Below, piece after piece: positions 45,283-54,674 of a DNA stretch of 64,000 bases. Each line of letters opens with the position of its first letter. The first letter of the stretch is position 1. A model generated the notes under the pieces. The model was not told the DNA's origin. It made no database searches and saw only the letters and a program-made list of their open reading frames with translations. The translations under genes were made by a program, and so were the position numbers. This stretch comes from a virus. Lineage: Duplodnaviria; Heunggongvirae; Uroviricota; Caudoviricetes. Where the stretch lies: positions 22,579 through 86,578 of the IMG/VR virus record IMGVR_UViG_3300048577_000420; one strand, 5' to 3'.

Positions 45283-45347
45283 GGCGGCACCTGAAAGCAC
45301 ACGCAGGAATGCGTGCGCCTCCAGGTGCCGCCCTCTTTTCGTTTTCC
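45283..45347 (+). terminator. Long compound hairpin GGCGGCACCTG..CAGGTGCCGCC with an inner stem and the T tract CTCTTTTCGTTTTCC, ending 10 nt before the RBS and ATG of the first early gene
   Basis: Read directly from the sequence. Confidence 0.5.
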
Positions 45348-45357
45348 AGGGAGAGTC

Positions 45358-45918
45358 ATGACGGAAGAGGTGCGGCACCCCAACGAGGTGCTGTCGCTGC
45401 TCGTCCTCGCGGCGACGGAGGCCTCACGCGAGGCCGACGTCTGCCTGGCCGCGGGGGACGCGGACGGCGTCCGGCAGTACCACGAGCTCCTGCACGGACT
45501 CGTCCACTCGATGGTCTACGGCTGGGGCGCCCAGGCCACAGCCCGCGCGATCTCGGCTCTCTGCGCCCAGGCGGTCGTCCTGCTCGACGGCGGCGACGGC
45601 AAGGTCGCGTCCTTCTCGAAGGACAGCGACGTCTGGACGTTCAAGGTGCTGCCGACGGACATCCCCGGCTTCCCCACGGAGATCGTCACCCGCGCCGCCC
45701 AGATCGTCTGCTCCTACGCGAACCTCATGGGCGACGCGGCGGCCCAGATCGCGGACCGCGGGCTGCCGGAGTCGTCCGCGGAGCCGCCGAGCCCGGACGT
45801 CGCAGCCTCGGTCGCCTCCTTCTACGCCCTCGTCGGCGCCGTGCCGCAGAACGAGACGTGCGCGGTGCTCGTGTGCCTCGTCTCGTTCGCCGGCGCCCTC
45901 TGCCAGGTCGGTGCCTGA
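45358..45918 (+). CDS. Hypothetical early protein
   Basis: ATG with GGGAGAG RBS. Confidence 0.55.
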   Translation: MTEEVRHPNEVLSLLVLAATEASREADVCLAAGDADGVRQYHELLHGLVHSMVYGWGAQATARAISALCAQAVVLLDGGDGKVASFSKDSDVWTFKVLPTDIPGFPTEIVTRAAQIVCSYANLMGDAAAQIADRGLPESSAEPPSPDVAASVASFYALVGAVPQNETCAVLVCLVSFAGALCQVGA

Positions 45919-46388
45919 TGGAGAAGTGGCTCATCGTCGCCGTCGTCGTCGTCACGGTCAGTGGCCTCGACTACCTCTGGCTCCGCCTGGAGGCGCGCCA
46001 CCGTTGGCACGGCCGGTCGCTGACCTCAGTCGCAATCGACGTCCTCGACGAGCGGCGCCGCCAGGACCAGAAGTGGGGCATCCAGAACCATCCTGACGTC
46101 TCCGAGCCCGACGACCCGGACTACGTCGCGATGGTCGTCGAGTCCTCCATGGATCGCGCGGAGCACTGGAAGGCGGAGAACGCCCGCCGGGTCGAGCAGG
46201 GCAACCTCTCGTGGGACGGGATCCTCCTGGAGGAGGTCTACGAGGCCCTCGCCGAGACCGACCCCGAGCGCAAGGCCGAGGAGCTCATCCAGGTCGCCGC
46301 CGTCGCCCAGGTCTGGGTGGAGTGCATCGATCGCAGGCTCGACGCCGCGGAGGTCATCGCGGGCAAGCGCCAGGCGGTGCTCCCGTGA
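45918..46388 (+). CDS. Hypothetical protein with an N-terminal TM helix
   Basis: ATGA coupling. N-terminus WLIVAVVVVTVSGL. Confidence 0.5.
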   Translation: MEKWLIVAVVVVTVSGLDYLWLRLEARHRWHGRSLTSVAIDVLDERRRQDQKWGIQNHPDVSEPDDPDYVAMVVESSMDRAEHWKAENARRVEQGNLSWDGILLEEVYEALAETDPERKAEELIQVAAVAQVWVECIDRRLDAAEVIAGKRQAVLP

Positions 46389-46672
46389 AGATGACCGCCG
46401 GCACCGACTCCACCAGCGCGCGGCTCATCGCCGCGGCCCAGGCCATCCAGCTCGCCGAGCGTTTGCCCGACGCGACCGCCAAGACGGTCGTCAACCGCGC
46501 CAAGGCGGCGAGGGCAGCCATCGTCGCCTGCGAGCCGTCGCTCGCCCTCTCGGTCCTCAGGGACATCGAGGAGGTAGTCGCTGACTGCGGCGACGCCGAG
46601 GTCATCGAGGTCGTGAAGCGGCGGATCGAGGAACTCCGTCGGCCGGTCGAGTTCGCCGCGAGGCGCTCGTGA
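46385..46672 (+). CDS. Small hypothetical protein
   Basis: GTGA coupling. Confidence 0.45.
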   Translation: MKMTAGTDSTSARLIAAAQAIQLAERLPDATAKTVVNRAKAARAAIVACEPSLALSVLRDIEEVVADCGDAEVIEVVKRRIEELRRPVEFAARRS

Positions 46673-47625
46673 TCATCCGACAGAGCGACCTGGCGTCCTT
46701 CCAGCGCTGCGCGCAGGAGGTCAAGCTCCGTCGCCTCGCCGTCGAGCAGGGCTGGGCCGAGCCCGCGCTCTCGGCGACCCTGCGCGGCAGCGTCCTGCAC
46801 TACGCCTTCATGGTCCTCGCCCGGCTGATGCACGAGGGCCGCGAGGACGCACTGGAGGTCGCGCTCGCGACGTTCGAGCACTACTGGGACCCGCGCCACA
46901 TCACGGAGCTGGAGGGCATCGACCGGCCCGTCGACGAGTGGATCGGCACGGACACCTGGGGCGGCCTGCTCCAGCGCTCCCTCGGCAACCTCCGGGCCGC
47001 GGCTGCCTGGCTGAAGCGTGACAAGGCGGTGCTGCTCGGCCTGGAGCACTCCTTCGACGTGCCCATCGTGATCGACGGCGAGGAGCACACCCTCCACGGG
47101 ACCGTCGACATGCTCAACCTCCGCATGGTCAACAGCCGGCCCGAGCTCGGCATCGACGACCTCAAGGGGTACCGGCGGAAGAAGACCCGGCTCGACCGGG
47201 CGACCCAGTGGACCGTCTACTCCTACGCCTCGCTGCAGCCCCAGTTCTGGGTGCCCTTCTACGAGAACGCCGAGGTCCTGGAGGGCTTCGCGGAGGTCGT
47301 CGACCGCCTCGACCTGCGCGGCCTCGCGCTCTACCCGCCGGCGACGCCCGACGAGCGCACGGTCATCCCCCGCGTGGGCCGCCTGCTGTGGGCCTGGGAC
47401 GGCTTCGAGGTCCAGTCCACCGGCTACCGCACGGACCTGCACTACGCCCAGCTCCGCGCCCAGCTCCGCGAGTACATCGGCGCGGTCCGGCACGGCGTCT
47501 GGCCCCTGACCGTCGACGCCCACGTCTGCGACTACTGCCCGTTCGGCGGTCTGCGAGCCGACGGCTCCGGGCTCCCCATCTGCGGCGACGCACCCATCCC
47601 ACCCCGACAGGAAGGCATCCAGTGA
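46669..47625 (+). CDS. PD-(D/E)XK nuclease of the Cas4/RecB family (recombination exonuclease)
   Basis: N-terminal Cys (QRC) and a C-terminal CDYCPF..C Fe-S-type cysteine cluster. Confidence 0.65.
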   Translation: MIIRQSDLASFQRCAQEVKLRRLAVEQGWAEPALSATLRGSVLHYAFMVLARLMHEGREDALEVALATFEHYWDPRHITELEGIDRPVDEWIGTDTWGGLLQRSLGNLRAAAAWLKRDKAVLLGLEHSFDVPIVIDGEEHTLHGTVDMLNLRMVNSRPELGIDDLKGYRRKKTRLDRATQWTVYSYASLQPQFWVPFYENAEVLEGFAEVVDRLDLRGLALYPPATPDERTVIPRVGRLLWAWDGFEVQSTGYRTDLHYAQLRAQLREYIGAVRHGVWPLTVDAHVCDYCPFGGLRADGSGLPICGDAPIPPRQEGIQ

Positions 47626-48308
47626 CCGGCCCCATCACCCACGAGGAGCACCAGGCGATCGAGCGCCTGGACCGCCTCTCCGACGTCATCGCGAGGTGGC
47701 GCATGGAAGTCGACCCCGGCGCGGAGTACGCCGCCAAGGTCGCCCAGGAGATCGCCACCGTCGGCACCTACCTGCTCGACAACCCGCGGCCCGTCGTCCA
47801 GCCGCACGTCTCGTACGAGGGCGACGACCTCGCCGCCCTCCGCATGAGCATCGACGAGCGGATCGAGCGCCTCGGCACGGGCTTCGAGGACGAGGACGAG
47901 GACCCGATCCTCGCGCTCGTCGCCGACCTGATCGAGTACCGGGTCGCGCTCTGGGACGAGCCCGCCGGCTACGTGCTCGCCGAGCCGACCAAGGCCCTCT
48001 GGCAGCAGGACCAGGCCGTCGAGGAGGCGCTGGGCGAGCTGGAGCAGGTCCTCAGCGACGAGCCGGTCATCGTGCCCGCCTCGGAGCTGGCGCACGTGGA
48101 CCACGGCCTCCTGCTGCGCGCCACGCACCTGCACTCCACCGACGGCGCCTGCCTCAAGCACCGCTCGGGCCCGCCGTGCAACCCGGCGAAGGGGATGGCC
48201 GACCACCCCTCCAGCAACACCTACGCGGGCGTCGCCGGCGCGCTGCGCAACCCGGTCAAGGGCGGCCCGGCCACCCACGTCGCGATCAACCTGGTGGTGA
48301 CCCTGTGA
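47622..48308 (+). CDS. Hypothetical protein
   Basis: GTGA coupling. Confidence 0.5.
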   Translation: MTGPITHEEHQAIERLDRLSDVIARWRMEVDPGAEYAAKVAQEIATVGTYLLDNPRPVVQPHVSYEGDDLAALRMSIDERIERLGTGFEDEDEDPILALVADLIEYRVALWDEPAGYVLAEPTKALWQQDQAVEEALGELEQVLSDEPVIVPASELAHVDHGLLLRATHLHSTDGACLKHRSGPPCNPAKGMADHPSSNTYAGVAGALRNPVKGGPATHVAINLVVTL

Positions 48309-49594
48309 TCCAGATCAAGACCACCGGCCTCGACGACTACCTCGACGGCGACGGCGGCACCACGAACATCAAGGCGCTCATCCTCGGGCGCCCCGGCACC
48401 GGCAAGACGCGCGGTGCCTCGTACTGGAAGCGCCCCTTCCTGATCGACGGCGAGAAGAGCCGCTCGGTCCTGAACGACCGCCCGACCCCGTACGCCGAGG
48501 TCTCCTGCGCGGAGGACCTCAAGGAGATCATCCGCTACCTCAAGGTCGAGGCGGGCAAGCCCAACCGGAAGTACGACACGGTCATCGTCGACACGGTCGA
48601 CGGCATCCAGCTGAAGCTCATCAAGGAGCGTCTGGCGAAGGTCAAGCGCGACCGGATGGAGGCCTACGAGGGCGACTACGACGCCGTCAACACGCCGCTC
48701 ACCGACTTCATCGACGAGCTCCGTGAGCTGCCCTACAACGTCGTCGTCAACGTCCACCTCAAGGAGGCCGGCAAGGTCGCCAAGAAGGACGACCCGGGCC
48801 CCGCGGCGCGCGGCGACGACACGATCACCCAGGCCCAGGCGTGGGACCCGGACCTCGCAGGTGGGATCCGCCAGAAGCTTGCCGGCTGGTTCGACCTCGT
48901 GGGCCTGATGGAGAACACCTGGACGGTCAAGGACGGCAAGAAGGTCATCGGTCGCCAGATCCGCTGGCAGCCCACGCCGGAGCTGCCCTACCTCAAGGAC
49001 CGCCTCTACGCCTTCCCGCCCGTCACGCCCGTCAACTTCGAGGACGCCGACTACGAGCGGCTGGTCGGGTACCTCCAGAAGAAGGCCGCGCGGCTGAAGC
49101 CGGGTGAGGTCGTCGAGGAGATCGGCGAGCCGAGCAAGGCGGCACCGCCGGACATCCCGGGCGGGCCCGTCAAGGCCGAGCCGTCGGGCGTCCTCCCGAG
49201 GCCGCGCGCCGCCGCCAAGCCGAAGGGGGCGAAGGCAGAGGGCGCCGCGAAGGACGCGCCCGAGCCCGCCCCCGATCCGACTCCCGAGGTCCCGTCGGCG
49301 GAGGGCCCGGCGCCCGAGGCGGTCACCGCCCCGCTCGACCAGGTCGTCGACGCCGAGGTCGTCACCGAGGCCGCAGCCGAGCCGGAGGTCGCGCCCGAGG
49401 AGGCCGTCGCCGCCGTCCAGGAGGTCCTCGGCGGGGAGGTCGTCGCGGAGGAGGTCGACTACGCCGCCCAGGCCGAGAAGGCCACCAACCGCGAGGAGAT
49501 CCGCGCGATCTGGGACGCGGCGAAGACCGCCGGCCAGCTCACTTCTGCCCTGAAGGCGCGGCTCACCGTTCTGGGCCGCAAGCTCGCGGCCTGA
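48305..49594 (+). CDS. RecA-fold ATPase, Sak4/AAA_24-like, with an acidic Pro/Ala/Glu-rich C-terminal tail
   Basis: Walker A ILGRPGTGKT, Walker B-like VIVDTVD. Confidence 0.6.
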   Translation: MIQIKTTGLDDYLDGDGGTTNIKALILGRPGTGKTRGASYWKRPFLIDGEKSRSVLNDRPTPYAEVSCAEDLKEIIRYLKVEAGKPNRKYDTVIVDTVDGIQLKLIKERLAKVKRDRMEAYEGDYDAVNTPLTDFIDELRELPYNVVVNVHLKEAGKVAKKDDPGPAARGDDTITQAQAWDPDLAGGIRQKLAGWFDLVGLMENTWTVKDGKKVIGRQIRWQPTPELPYLKDRLYAFPPVTPVNFEDADYERLVGYLQKKAARLKPGEVVEEIGEPSKAAPPDIPGGPVKAEPSGVLPRPRAAAKPKGAKAEGAAKDAPEPAPDPTPEVPSAEGPAPEAVTAPLDQVVDAEVVTEAAAEPEVAPEEAVAAVQEVLGGEVVAEEVDYAAQAEKATNREEIRAIWDAAKTAGQLTSALKARLTVLGRKLAA

Positions 49595-49638
49595 TTCAGC
49601 AAGAACAGCACCGAGAAACGAGAAGGGAAAACAACGGA

Positions 49639-50130
49639 ATGCCCAAGGCATCGGTCGAGCAGGGCTCGCCCTACTACTTCGAGGAGGGCGAGTACGCCGC
49701 GATTCTCCTGAGCGTCAAGGAGAACCACGTCGAGTTCACCTACAAGTCGCACCACAAGGCGGTGCAGAACGGCAAGGCGCGGGTCGGCGACAAGGGCGCC
49801 TTCGACAACTGGCTGTGGGAGTTCAAGCTCCTGGAGGGCAACCGGGCCGGCGAGACGATCACCCTCACGACCGACCCCAAGGTCGAGCTGGAGGGCTGGT
49901 CGCCCGCACGGGTCGCGTACGAGGCGCTCCTCGGGCAGCCGCTGGAGCTCGGTCAGGACGTCGACACGGACCTGGTCTGCGGCCTCCGCGCCCGGGTCGT
50001 GATCGCCAACCTGGAGCCGGAGACCCGCGGCGACCGCACCTACTACAACTCCCGCGTCACGGACGTCCTGCCGGCGAAGGACGGCGACGACTCGATCGAC
50101 GAGCCCGACTCGGACGAGCCCCCGTTCTGA
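49639..50130 (+). CDS. Hypothetical protein
   Basis: Very strong low-GC RBS region (GAAAACAACGGAATG). Confidence 0.55.
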   Translation: MPKASVEQGSPYYFEEGEYAAILLSVKENHVEFTYKSHHKAVQNGKARVGDKGAFDNWLWEFKLLEGNRAGETITLTTDPKVELEGWSPARVAYEALLGQPLELGQDVDTDLVCGLRARVVIANLEPETRGDRTYYNSRVTDVLPAKDGDDSIDEPDSDEPPF

Positions 50131-50214
50131 CGGACCCCGGCGGGGCGGTATGCCCACGCGCGCTCTGCGGACCGCGCCTGTAGCCCGCCCCGCCGGCCGC
50201 CCGGCTCCCACCAC

Positions 50215-50232
50215 TTCCTGCGCTAGCAGCAA
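50215..50232. promoter_or_regulatory. IR motif copy TTCCTGC-GCTA-GCAGCAA upstream of the primase-helicase
   Basis: Read directly from the sequence. Identical to the copy at 15836. Confidence 0.6.
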
Positions 50233-50246
50233 TCGAGAGGATCCCC

Positions 50247-52208
50247 GTGTCTGACCTGGACGTCCGCGGCTACCTGCGGTCCAAGGCCCTCGACGTGAAG
50301 GCCGCGGGCAAGGAGCTCGTCGTCCCCTGCTTCTTCCTCTGCGGGGAGCCCGGGGACTCCCGCAAGAAGAAGCTCTACGTCAACGCCGAGCACGGCGCGT
50401 TCTCCTGCAAGGTCTGCGGCACCGAGGGTGGCTGGCGCCGCATCCTTGAGCACTTCGGCGACGAGGAGCGCGCCGACACCTTCAAGCCCTCGCGGCGCCT
50501 GCAGGTCAACGCCGAGTACGTCCGGGCCTGCCAGGACGCGCTCATGGCGAACGAGCGTGCGCTCACCTACCTCTTCGACCGCGGCCTCACGCTGGACACG
50601 ATCGAGGCCGCCCGCCTGGGCTACCACCCCAAGGGCACGGCGATCGTCGAGCACCTGCCCTCGGCCCTGAAGCCGGGCGGCTTCACGCGGGACGAGCTGC
50701 GCGAGTCCGGCCTGCTCACCGCGAGCGGCCGCGACTTCCACGAGGGCCGGATCATCCTGCCGTACGTCGTCTCCGGCCAGGTCGTCCAGGTCCGCGGCCG
50801 GGCGCTCGACCCCAAGGCGCAGATCAAGTACGCCACGCCCGCCGGCGACGAGGTGCGCCTCTACAACTCCGACGCGCTGCGCGGCGCTGACGCGGTGATC
50901 GTCGTCGAGGGCGAGATCGACCTGCTCATGCTGCAGCAGGCGCTCCAGTCCTCTCCCGACGTCCGTGCGCGGAACCTCGCGGTCGTCGCCGTGCCCGGGT
51001 CGCAGGCGCTGCCCGGCGGCAAGGAGGGGTTCGGCGAGTACTTCGAGGACATCCGCCGGGTCTACGTCGGCTTCGACAGCGACAACGCCGGCAAGCAGGG
51101 CGCGATCAAGGTCAAGGACATGCTCGGGGCCAAGGCCCGGGTCGTCGAGCTCAAGGGCGCGAAGGACTGGGCCGAGCTCATCGCGGACGGCTCGACCTGG
51201 CGCGACGTCATGGACCTCGTCGCCGAGGCCGACATGCGCGGCAAGAGGGTCTTCTCGATCGAGGAGTCGGCCCGGAAGCTCTTCGCGATCGAGCAGGGCA
51301 AGCCCGGCATCAAGACGGGCTTCGCCAGCCTCGACGCGTTCCTCGCCCCCGGCCTCCTGCCGGGCGGCGTCACGATCCCGCTCGCGAAGACGGGCAACGG
51401 GAAGTCGATCTTCCTCGCCAACGTCGCCTACTACGCCCGCCACGTCCCGACGCTCTACATCACGCTGGAGCTCACCGCGGCGGAGACCTACAACCGCCTG
51501 CGCCGGATCACTCGCTTCCACCACCCGACCGCGGGCGAGCGCGAGGTCTGGGCCCAGTACCCGCTGCTCGGCCTCGTCGAGGACAACCGGCTCTCCCCCG
51601 AGGACTTCGAGCGCCTCGTGGAGGAGTTCGCCGAGGAGCGCGGCGAGCGCCCCCAGCTGGTCTTCGTCGACCACCTCACCTACTACGCCCACTACCAGAA
51701 GGGCGCCGGCGAGTACGAGAAGACGACCGCCGCCGTCATGCAGCTGAAGGAAGAGGCCAAGCGGCACGAGGTCCACATCATCGCGCCGTCGCAGGTCAAC
51801 CGGACCAAGAAGCAGGGCGAGGCCCTGGAGCTGGAGAGCGCTCGCAACTCGGGGGCGATCGAGGAGACGGCCGACTTCGCCCTGGGCATCTGGCGGCCGC
51901 ACCTGGCCGACGACGTGGCCGGAGCGGCCCAGGCCGGCGCGGTCGGGGACGACCTGAACATCTCGATCCTCAAGTCGCGGCACGGCAACCAGGGGCGCAT
52001 CGCTCCGCTCGTCTTCTCGGCCGCCTCCCTCGTGATGGTCGACCGCGCCGACCGCAGAAACGCCCAGCGCGTGGCGCTGGAGAACGCCGCCATCAACCGC
52101 GGCGAGAAGTACCAGGCCATCTATGACCGCGACCGCCAGCGGGCGTGGGCAGACCAACAGGGAGCGCTGCTCCCCTCCGGAAAGGACACCGCAAGTGGCA
52201 ACTGCTGA
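50247..52208 (+). CDS. Bifunctional primase-helicase (zinc-binding domain, Toprim primase domain, DnaB-like helicase)
   Basis: Cys cluster CFFLCG..CKVCG. Toprim segment VVVEGEIDLLML. DnaB-like GNGKSIFLANVAYY and SQVNRTKKQGEALELESARNSGAIEETADF. Confidence 0.8.
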   Translation: MSDLDVRGYLRSKALDVKAAGKELVVPCFFLCGEPGDSRKKKLYVNAEHGAFSCKVCGTEGGWRRILEHFGDEERADTFKPSRRLQVNAEYVRACQDALMANERALTYLFDRGLTLDTIEAARLGYHPKGTAIVEHLPSALKPGGFTRDELRESGLLTASGRDFHEGRIILPYVVSGQVVQVRGRALDPKAQIKYATPAGDEVRLYNSDALRGADAVIVVEGEIDLLMLQQALQSSPDVRARNLAVVAVPGSQALPGGKEGFGEYFEDIRRVYVGFDSDNAGKQGAIKVKDMLGAKARVVELKGAKDWAELIADGSTWRDVMDLVAEADMRGKRVFSIEESARKLFAIEQGKPGIKTGFASLDAFLAPGLLPGGVTIPLAKTGNGKSIFLANVAYYARHVPTLYITLELTAAETYNRLRRITRFHHPTAGEREVWAQYPLLGLVEDNRLSPEDFERLVEEFAEERGERPQLVFVDHLTYYAHYQKGAGEYEKTTAAVMQLKEEAKRHEVHIIAPSQVNRTKKQGEALELESARNSGAIEETADFALGIWRPHLADDVAGAAQAGAVGDDLNISILKSRHGNQGRIAPLVFSAASLVMVDRADRRNAQRVALENAAINRGEKYQAIYDRDRQRAWADQQGALLPSGKDTASGNC

Positions 52209-52494
52209 CCCCACCCCGACCGAGGCGGCCGAGGAGGCCCCCGAGCAGGTCGAGATGATCGAGGTCCTGCGTATCGGCCTCGCGGGCGACCTGCCCGACG
52301 GCACCATGAACCGCCTCCACGTCGTCGTGCTGAGCGAGTTCCCCGTGCCCTTCGCGGCCGCCGTCTCCGCGCTCCAGTTCGCGGGCTCGCCCGAGGCGAT
52401 CACGTCCCTCGTTCGCGAGGAGCTCGCGGCGCTGGGAGCGGACCCCGAGGACGTGCCGGCCCCGTCCGACCCAGCCGAGGAGGTCGGGGCGTGA
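52195..52494 (+). CDS. Small acidic hypothetical protein
   Basis: GTG start within the open frame. Overlaps the primase 3' end. Confidence 0.4.
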   Translation: MATADPTPTEAAEEAPEQVEMIEVLRIGLAGDLPDGTMNRLHVVVLSEFPVPFAAAVSALQFAGSPEAITSLVREELAALGADPEDVPAPSDPAEEVGA

Positions 52495-52835
52495 CGACCA
52501 GCGGCTTCTTCCAGAGGAAGGCGGTCGTCGTCCAGGCGATCCGGTGGGACCGGGCGGAAGCCGGGTACGACGTCCTGGAGTGGGCCGACATGCGCGCTGC
52601 CGAGCAGGGCGTGGGCTTCGCCGAGGTGACCTACGACGAGTTCGTCGCTGGGCCGTCGGAGCCCGAGACCGGCGAGGACTGGGGCCTCCTGCAGGTGGAG
52701 ACCGCCACGGGCAAGGCGACGATGGCGCCCCACGACTGGCTCGTGCAGGGCTCGCTCGGCGAGTTCTCCGTGGTGACCACCGAGGTCTTCGAGGCGACCT
52801 ACGAGCGGCTCGGGGGCGACCGTGTCCCTTCGTGA
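52491..52835 (+). CDS. Hypothetical protein
   Basis: GTGA coupling. Confidence 0.45.
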   Translation: MTTSGFFQRKAVVVQAIRWDRAEAGYDVLEWADMRAAEQGVGFAEVTYDEFVAGPSEPETGEDWGLLQVETATGKATMAPHDWLVQGSLGEFSVVTTEVFEATYERLGGDRVPS

Positions 52836-53385
52836 CGAGAACCTCCGCATCGCCCTGACGAAGGCGATCGCGGATGCGATGGCCGGCGCGATGGCCAAGC
52901 TGCGCGAGGCCCACTTCGCCACGCTCCTGGAGCAGTACGACGAGGTCGGCACCAAGCAGTTCTCCGTGGCCCTGCCGGACGGCACCAAGGTCGCCACGAT
53001 CACCCTGACCGAGAAGAAGGAAGCCTTCGAGGTCACCGACGAGATCGCGTTCCTCACCTGGGCCCAGGAGAACCTGCCCGAGGACGCGATCCACGAGGTC
53101 GTCGTCCCGCCCGTCCCCGAGATGCGCTTCATCGAGGTCGACCCGAAGGCCCAGGCGGCGCTGATCAAGCGGCTCGACCACCGCGGCGACCTCGCCTTCG
53201 ACCCCGAGACCGGCCAGGCCGTCGACGGCATCACCTACCGGCCCGCGGGGCGCCCGTCGCAGTTCGCGGTCACGTACGTGAACAAGGACGAGGGGCGCGA
53301 GCGGCTCATCGACGCCTGGCGTGCCGGCGACCTCGCCGAGCTCGTCGGCACGGACGTGCTGCCCGCGATCGAGAGCGGGTCCTGA
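52822..53385 (+). CDS. Hypothetical protein
   Basis: ORF track. Confidence 0.5.
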   Translation: MSLRDENLRIALTKAIADAMAGAMAKLREAHFATLLEQYDEVGTKQFSVALPDGTKVATITLTEKKEAFEVTDEIAFLTWAQENLPEDAIHEVVVPPVPEMRFIEVDPKAQAALIKRLDHRGDLAFDPETGQAVDGITYRPAGRPSQFAVTYVNKDEGRERLIDAWRAGDLAELVGTDVLPAIESGS

Positions 53386-53846
53386 TGGGGTACGCCGAGA
53401 AGACGGACGTCTCCAGTGCGCAGTCGCGCATCGAGCTGGAGCGGATCCTGGAGCGCTACGGCGCCGAGCAGTTCGCGTACATGAGCCGCCCGGGACAGGC
53501 CGTGGTCGCCTTCGTGCACCTCGACCGCCAGGTGCGCTTCGTCCTGCCGCTGCCGGACCGGAACGACCGTCGCTTCACGCACACGCCCGACCGCGGCCTG
53601 GTCCGCTCGGCTGACGCGGCCGCGCGCGAGTACGAGCAGGCGGTTCGGCAGCGGTGGCGCGCCCTGTGCCTGGTCGTCAAGGCCAAGCTCGAAGCGGTCG
53701 ACGCGGGCATCACGACGTTCGACGAGGAGTTCCTCGCGAACCTCGTGCTGCCGGGCGGCGCGAGCGTCTACGAGTCGATCGCCGAGGACATCTCGGTCGC
53801 CCGCCTCACCGGCGCCGTGCCCGTGCTCCAGATCGCGGCCCGATGA
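53385..53846 (+). CDS. Hypothetical protein
   Basis: ATGA coupling. Confidence 0.5.
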   Translation: MGYAEKTDVSSAQSRIELERILERYGAEQFAYMSRPGQAVVAFVHLDRQVRFVLPLPDRNDRRFTHTPDRGLVRSADAAAREYEQAVRQRWRALCLVVKAKLEAVDAGITTFDEEFLANLVLPGGASVYESIAEDISVARLTGAVPVLQIAAR

Positions 53847-53989
53847 CACCGGCCCCCTACCCGTGCGCGGCGCAGCCCGGCCGCGGCCTCGTCCATCTCG
53901 ACGGGCCGTGCCGGTGCTTCGCCGGCGGGCCGGCGCCTGCCTTCCCGCAGGTCCCCCGGCTCGACGAGGGCGAGGGGGCGAAGTGAGCG

Positions 53990-54181
53990 ATGGAGCAGGA
54001 CCGGATCTACCAGGCGATCGCCAAGAGGCACAGCGGCCTGAAGCAGGACGGCTTCCCCGGACTCGACCAGGTCGACGCAAGGGCACGTGGGCCGCTCGCG
54101 AAGGTCTTCGCCCGCGAGGCGGGTGTGACCCGCTGGCGGGAAGTCGAGGTGTGGCCCCAGGAGGAGGACGCAGGTGAATGA
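53990..54181 (+). CDS. Small hypothetical protein
   Basis: ORF track. Confidence 0.35.
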   Translation: MEQDRIYQAIAKRHSGLKQDGFPGLDQVDARARGPLAKVFAREAGVTRWREVEVWPQEEDAGE

Positions 54182-54674
54182 CCCGACGGACGGCACCGTC
54201 TTCGACGCGCTTCACCGGCTCTTCGGGGCGGGCGAGTTCACCGGGGACGACGCCGAGTGGCACCGGTGGCGGGCGCAGGAGATCTCGAAGATCAAGGCCT
54301 ACCGCACCAAGCGGAACGTCGACCCCTTCGAGCTCGTGCGCGCCGCCCAGTACTGCCGCCGCCACGGCATCTGGATCAGAGCCCATTGGGAGCTCTACGA
54401 GCACCTCGCCGCGGCCAACCGCGAGGAGCTCGACCGCCAGCGCGCCGCGGAGATCGCGGACCTCGACGGCCTCATCGAGGACGCCCTGGCGATCGAGCTC
54501 ACCAACCCGGACAGCCCTTGGGTCGACCGGCTCATCCGGGCCGCCGGCCCCGCACGGAAGGAGGTCTACGACGCATGGAAGCAGTGGTCCTCCGCTTCCC
54601 AGCGCCGCGACGGGACTGCACCGACTGCGCCTTCCACCGGGCCGGCTGGTGCACGACCTGGGGGGAGGCCGTAG
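54174..54674 (+). CDS. Hypothetical protein. The 3' end has low GC3 and an overlapping alternative frame, so the stop is uncertain
   Basis: GTG start. ORF track. Confidence 0.45.
   Translation: MNDPTDGTVFDALHRLFGAGEFTGDDAEWHRWRAQEISKIKAYRTKRNVDPFELVRAAQYCRRHGIWIRAHWELYEHLAAANREELDRQRAAEIADLDGLIEDALAIELTNPDSPWVDRLIRAAGPARKEVYDAWKQWSSASQRRDGTAPTAPSTGPAGARPGGRP

Noticed and set aside
45283-45332. The 50-nt compound hairpin as a tRNA or other RNA gene
   Set aside because: It is too short and is a simple nested hairpin. It is better explained as a terminator or attenuator, which is how it is reported.
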